NCBI GenBank assembly: GCA_041486365.1
Contig: JBGPLH010000016.1
Coordinates: forward strand, 1 to 19,020
Length of the DNA stretch: 19,020 nt
Origin: Thermodesulfobacteriota bacterium
GTDB lineage: Bacteria; JAUYMQ01
Reading direction: 5' to 3'
Shown here: in pieces, positions 15,045 to 19,020 of the stretch
Layout: each line of letters opens with the position of its first letter
Numbering within the stretch: position 1 is the first letter of the stretch
Made by a program: the position numbers and the translations under genes
Notes under the pieces: generated by a model
What the model was told of the DNA's origin: nothing
The model's database searches: none
The model's input: the letters and a program-made list of their open reading frames with translations, nothing else

Positions 15045-17444
15045 TCAGCGCGCCGGAACGGGTTTCAGGGTCAGCGTCGAGACGCCCGGCGCGTCGATGG
15101 ACATCGGCACGTGGTCGCCCCGGAGCCACACCTGCGCGAGATCGCCGTGGTGCGGCGAGGTGAGGTTCCCGGACTGCCCGCTGTTCACGACGAAGCGGGA
15201 GCGCTCGGGGTCGGAGAGATCGACGATCTGCCGGAGGCCGGGCCCCGCGACGTGCTTGAACGGATAGGCGTAGAAGAACTGCCCGTTGTTCACCGTGAAG
15301 GAGGTCCCCGGTGTCGCGAAGGGCCCGAGGTTCAGCGCCGGCCCGAGCGTCGGATGGGCGCCGAGCGGGTGCGGCATCGTGAGCGTGTGCAGCCGCCCCC
15401 AGGTCCAGCCGGTCGAATCGGCGCCGAGTCTTTCGCGCAGGAGGCGGATAGCCCGCGTGAGGGCGCGCAGCAGGAGATCGTCCATCCGCCGCTCGTGCAA
15501 CCAGCTCGAGTCCGGGTTGCGGAACACGCGCTGGGCCGCCATGAGCGACTCGTTCCAGTTCTCGAAGGCGAGCAGCCAGAGGTCCTCCCCGAGCGTCGGC
15601 TCGAAAACCTCCTTTAGGAGCTGGTGGAACAGCGCGTGGTGCAGGGCCGCCGCGCGCGAGTCGGCACTGCACTCGAAATCCCACTGGCGGAGCGTCGCGA
15701 GCGCCTCCCGCACGGCCGGCCCCTCGGGTCCCCGCAGCTCCTGCCTGAGCAGGCGCTCGGCCCAGGGGTTCACGACGTCGCGGACGAACTCCTCCGCCTC
15801 CAGCGAACGCACGTCGAGCTGGATGGCGCGGACCGTGTCGGCGTCGTGGCGGGAGGACTCCCGGATCCGCTCGCGGATCCGGCGGATCCGGTAGGGCGGC
15901 TCCCAGTAGCTCGATATGTAGAACGGGTAGTGCTCGGTCACCGTCTTGTTGTTGGCCGTCGCGATGAACCCTTCCTCGGGGTTGTAGAGCTTGGGCTGCG
16001 CGTCGAAGGGGACGAATCCCGTCCACTCGAAATCCTCGGGACCGGGCGCGTGCCAGCCGGGCACCGGCGTGGTCCCGCGGCCGTTCCGGCGGATCGGGAT
16101 CTTCCCGGCCAGCACGTAACCGATGTTCCCGTCGACGTCGGCGTAGATCACGTTCTGCGCGGGCGAGCCGAACTTCGAGGCCGCCCGCGCGAAGGCGTCG
16201 AAGTCCCCCGCGCGATTCACGTCCAGCAGCGCCTCCAGCTCGTTCGTCGGCTCGTGTCCCGTCCATTTGAAAGCCAGCACGTGGCCGTCCCCGCCGCCCA
16301 CGGCGTCCGTGAGGATGGGCCCGTGGCGCGTGATGCGCACGTCGCAGGCCACCGAGGGCTTGCCCTTGACGCCGATGTTCTCGGGGATCAGCGTCACGCT
16401 CTCCCAGCGATCTCCCACGAGCACCTTGTTCGGGTCGTCCGGCGAGACGCGCTCGACGTAGAGGTCCGCGTCGTGGGCCATCACGTTCGTCATTCCCCAC
16501 GCGATGCGCCGGTTGCGGCCGATGGTCACGCCGGGCGCCCCCGGGATGGTGACCCCCATCACGGAGAGATCGGGCGCGTCGATCGCCGCCGCGTACCAGA
16601 TGCCGGGAGAGGTGAGGAAGAGGTGCGGGTCGCTGGAGAGGATGGGTTTTCCGCTCTCGGTGAGCGCGCCACCGATGACCCAGTTGTTGCTCCCGGCATG
16701 CGGGCCACCCCAGGAGTTGAACAGGCGCAGCGCGGCGTCGGTGGCGATGAGCGCCTCCGCCGCTCGAGGCCCGTCGTAGCGCATGATGCGCGGATCGGAC
16801 GCCGGCCACTCGGGCGGGAGCAGCTCGCGGGCGAGCTGGGGCCGGTCGGCGAGGAGGTGCGCGCAGTGCCACTGCGCGAGGATCGAGCGCCAGGAGTAAC
16901 AGAGCTGGTAGGCCATCCCCTTCACGATCGAGAGCGTGTCCACGGGGTACCAGGGCTCGGGCTTGTAGCGCAGCAGGCCGAACTCCACCGGGAGCGGCCC
17001 CTTCGCGATGTAAGCGTTCACGCCCTCGGCGTAGTGATTGAGCGTGTCGATGCCCTTGCCCGAAAGCGCCTGCCGCGACCCTTCCGCCGCGCGCCTGAGC
17101 CCGAGGATGCGCATGAACCGGTCGAGGTCCGGCACGCGCTTCCCCTTGAAGACGACGGAGAGATCTTCCCAGTGAAGCGGCTCGTCCCCGAGGATCTCGG
17201 CCAGCCGCCCGGCGATCGCCCGCCGCGTGAAGTCCATCTGGAAGAGACGCTCACGCGCGTGGAGGAACCCGAGGGCCCGCCACGCGTCCGGCTCGCTGCG
17301 CGCCCGGATCCGCGGGATCGCCCACTCGTCGAAGCGAACCTCGACGTCGGCGTCGAGTCCGGCGAGGGTCGCGGCGCCCGAGTACGTGGGGCGGGACCTG
17401 CGGGAGAGGAGCCTCAGGACAAGACGGACGAGGGAGGTCTTCAT
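15045..17444 (-). CDS. penicillin amidase / acyl-homoserine-lactone acylase family Ntn-hydrolase (MEROPS S45)
   Basis: 799 aa. The N-terminus RFDEWAIPRIRARSEPDAWRALGFLHARERLFQMDFTRR is typical of S45 alpha subunits. The beta-subunit N-terminal nucleophile is SNNWVIGGALTESGKPILSSDPHL. An AAGAGG RBS precedes the ATG at 17442-17444. Confidence 0.85.
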   Translation of the reverse strand: MKTSLVRLVLRLLSRRSRPTYSGAATLAGLDADVEVRFDEWAIPRIRARSEPDAWRALGFLHARERLFQMDFTRRAIAGRLAEILGDEPLHWEDLSVVFKGKRVPDLDRFMRILGLRRAAEGSRQALSGKGIDTLNHYAEGVNAYIAKGPLPVEFGLLRYKPEPWYPVDTLSIVKGMAYQLCYSWRSILAQWHCAHLLADRPQLARELLPPEWPASDPRIMRYDGPRAAEALIATDAALRLFNSWGGPHAGSNNWVIGGALTESGKPILSSDPHLFLTSPGIWYAAAIDAPDLSVMGVTIPGAPGVTIGRNRRIAWGMTNVMAHDADLYVERVSPDDPNKVLVGDRWESVTLIPENIGVKGKPSVACDVRITRHGPILTDAVGGGDGHVLAFKWTGHEPTNELEALLDVNRAGDFDAFARAASKFGSPAQNVIYADVDGNIGYVLAGKIPIRRNGRGTTPVPGWHAPGPEDFEWTGFVPFDAQPKLYNPEEGFIATANNKTVTEHYPFYISSYWEPPYRIRRIRERIRESSRHDADTVRAIQLDVRSLEAEEFVRDVVNPWAERLLRQELRGPEGPAVREALATLRQWDFECSADSRAAALHHALFHQLLKEVFEPTLGEDLWLLAFENWNESLMAAQRVFRNPDSSWLHERRMDDLLLRALTRAIRLLRERLGADSTGWTWGRLHTLTMPHPLGAHPTLGPALNLGPFATPGTSFTVNNGQFFYAYPFKHVAGPGLRQIVDLSDPERSRFVVNSGQSGNLTSPHHGDLAQVWLRGDHVPMSIDAPGVSTLTLKPVPAR

Positions 17445-17515
17445 CTTTGCCTCTTGGCTGGGTCGCGCGCGAGCCGCGATCGCGGCCGCGGCGGGACGGC
17501 TACTGGATCAGCGTA

Positions 17516-19020
17516 TCACGAGGGCCTCAGCACCAGCTGATCACCCCGCATGCTCGCTTCCTTCGAGAACGTCATGGGCACGGTCTCGCCACGGCGCCAC
17601 AGCTCAGCCATGTCGCGGTAGTGGGTCGACGCGGGGTTGCCCGACTGCCCCGTGTAGGTAATGAACCGCGAGTTGTCCCAGTCCGAGAGATCGCAGATCT
17701 GCCGGTACGAGGGGCCCGCCTGGTGGCGCCAGGGCACGCTGTGGAAGTACTGGCCGTTGTTCACCGTGGTGGAGTCGCCGGGCGTCTCGAAGGGGCCGAT
17801 ATTGAAGAAGGGCGCCAGGGCCTTCACCTCGCCCAACGGGTGCTTCATCACGAGCGTGTGAAGCCGTCCCCAGGTCCATCGCTTCATGTCGGTCCCGAAC
17901 ATCTCGCGCAGCCGGTCCACCGTGGCCGCGAGCGTCCCGGCAAGCTCCCGTCCTCGTGCTTCCGGCCCCGGGAACCACCAGGAGCGTCCCTCGCGTGCGA
18001 TATTCTCGAGGGGGATCACCGGCTGGTTCAAGATCTCCATGTAGGCCCGGTAGAGGTCCTCGCCCAGGTGCTCGCGCAGGCGCCGCTCCATGAAGACCGC
18101 GAAGAACACGTGCCAGATGGCGCTCGGGACGCTGTCGGTCGCGCAGGTCCCGTCCCATTCCACCAGCAAGCGCCACGCGTCGTGCACGATCGAGTCCTCG
18201 CACCAGCGCTTCACCTCGTCCGAGGCCAGCACGTCGCGGATGAACTCCCGCCCCTGGATCGTGACGACGTCCATCTGCATCCGCGCCATGTCCTCCGGCG
18301 AGTGCTTCTCTCTCTCCGCGATCATCTCGCGGATGCGCATGACGCGGAAGGGCGGCTCCCAGAGGTCCGTGATGTAGAAGGGATAGGAATCGTCCACGAC
18401 CTTGTTGTTGGCCGTGGCGATGTAACCCTCGGGCGGGTTGTAGAGCACCGGGTGCAGCTCGTAGGGCACCCAGCCCTCCCACTCGTTTTCCTCCACCGGG
18501 CGGCCGTCGATCGGGAGCAGCCCCTTGCCCGCCCGGCGTACCGGGATCCGTCCGGCCATGATGTATCCGATGTTCCCCTCGAGATCGGCGTAGACCAGAT
18601 TGAGCGGCGAGCCGCCGTACTCCCGCATGCCCTCGCGGGCCTCCTCGAAGTTGGACGCGTGGTTCAGCCGGTAGAGCGCCTCGAAGTCGGCCGAGGGCGC
18701 GTGGGCGGCCCATTTGAGGGCCAGCGCCTGCGTCGCGATACCGGGGCAGACCTTGCCGCGCACGGTGTCCGTGATCACCGGCCCGTGACGCGTGGTGCGG
18801 ACGTCTCGCGTCTCGTCCTTCTTCCCCTTCACCTTGTACACCTCGCGGCGCACCTCCATCTCCACCCACTCGTCGCCCACGCGATAGCGCCGCGTGTCCT
18901 CCGGGTGGATCTCCTCGACGTAGAGGTCGGCGTCGTCGGCCATCACGTTCGTCATGCCCCAGGCTATTCGCGCGTTGTGCCCGATGACCACGCCGGGCGT
19001 CCCGGGAAGCGCGCAGCCGG
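17516..19020 (-). CDS. second S45 penicillin-amidase/AHL-acylase family paralog; 5'-partial (N-terminus beyond window end)
   Basis: The open frame continues to the window edge (..GCALPGTPGVVIGHNARIAWGMTNVMADDADLYVE..). It is collinear with residues ~300-799 of the upstream paralog (GVTIGRNRRIAWGMTNVMAHDADLYVE; NNGQYF/NNGQFF; SGQSGN). Stop at 17516-17518. Confidence 0.8.
   Translation of the reverse strand, partial: GCALPGTPGVVIGHNARIAWGMTNVMADDADLYVEEIHPEDTRRYRVGDEWVEMEVRREVYKVKGKKDETRDVRTTRHGPVITDTVRGKVCPGIATQALALKWAAHAPSADFEALYRLNHASNFEEAREGMREYGGSPLNLVYADLEGNIGYIMAGRIPVRRAGKGLLPIDGRPVEENEWEGWVPYELHPVLYNPPEGYIATANNKVVDDSYPFYITDLWEPPFRVMRIREMIAEREKHSPEDMARMQMDVVTIQGREFIRDVLASDEVKRWCEDSIVHDAWRLLVEWDGTCATDSVPSAIWHVFFAVFMERRLREHLGEDLYRAYMEILNQPVIPLENIAREGRSWWFPGPEARGRELAGTLAATVDRLREMFGTDMKRWTWGRLHTLVMKHPLGEVKALAPFFNIGPFETPGDSTTVNNGQYFHSVPWRHQAGPSYRQICDLSDWDNSRFITYTGQSGNPASTHYRDMAELWRRGETVPMTFSKEASMRGDQLVLRPS

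Noticed and set aside
13954-16872. 972-aa minus-strand ORF
   Set aside because: Only the C-terminal 289 codons (SPFH protein, 13954-14823) are real. The rest is an RGA-rich wrong-frame translation across the acylase gene, which is encoded in a different minus frame (15045-17444).

Overview
This is a high-GC (about 68-70%) bacterial chromosomal window with strong Shine-Dalgarno sites. Running 5' to 3' it contains the following.

- **glgP (5'-partial, + strand)**: the 3' three-quarters of a GT35 alpha-glucan (glycogen/maltodextrin) phosphorylase. It ends in a bidirectional hairpin terminator.
- **gap-pgk-tpiA-secG-tRNA-Leu(GAG) (minus strand)**: a classic glycolytic operon driven by a near-consensus sigma70-type promoter with a roughly 210-nt leader. 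The SecG carries an unusual Pro/Ala/Thr-rich C-terminal tail.
- **acpS-like holo-ACP synthase (+ strand)**: its 3' end runs into 2.6 tandem copies of a 39-bp hairpin repeat.
- **WS/DGAT acyltransferase (+ strand)**: carries the HHxxxDG motif.
- **Tat-exported vanadium-haloperoxidase-family protein (+ strand)**: carries the GVHWRxD signature.
- **Low-GC island (about 48-55% GC, roughly 0.85 kb)**: holds a single unclassifiable ORF with a faint BamHI/BglII-like restriction-endonuclease acidic motif and a degenerate C-terminus. Its start lies 3 nt after the stop of a high-GC hxlR-family regulator, so the two look co-transcribed.
- **Redox/electrophile-stress cluster**: hxlR divergent from a CMD/AhpD-like gene, convergent with and overlapping a DJ-1/PfpI hydrolase that is translationally coupled to a GlxA-type (DJ-1 + AraC) regulator, then a short ABM-like protein.
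- **SPFH/band-7 membrane protein (minus strand)**: its stop codon shares a 12-bp palindrome with the ABM stop.
- **Two tandem paralogous S45 (penicillin-amidase / AHL-acylase family) Ntn-hydrolases (minus strand)**: the second is truncated at the window edge.

Many long ORFs in the six-frame track are off-frame artefacts of high GC and were discarded, notably 6835-9873, 11904-13688, 13954-16872 and the antisense ORFs over gap and pgk. The most unusual regions are the low-GC hxlR-appended gene, the Tat-exported V-HPO next to WS/DGAT and acpS, the hairpin-repeat fusion on acpS, and the tandem acylases.
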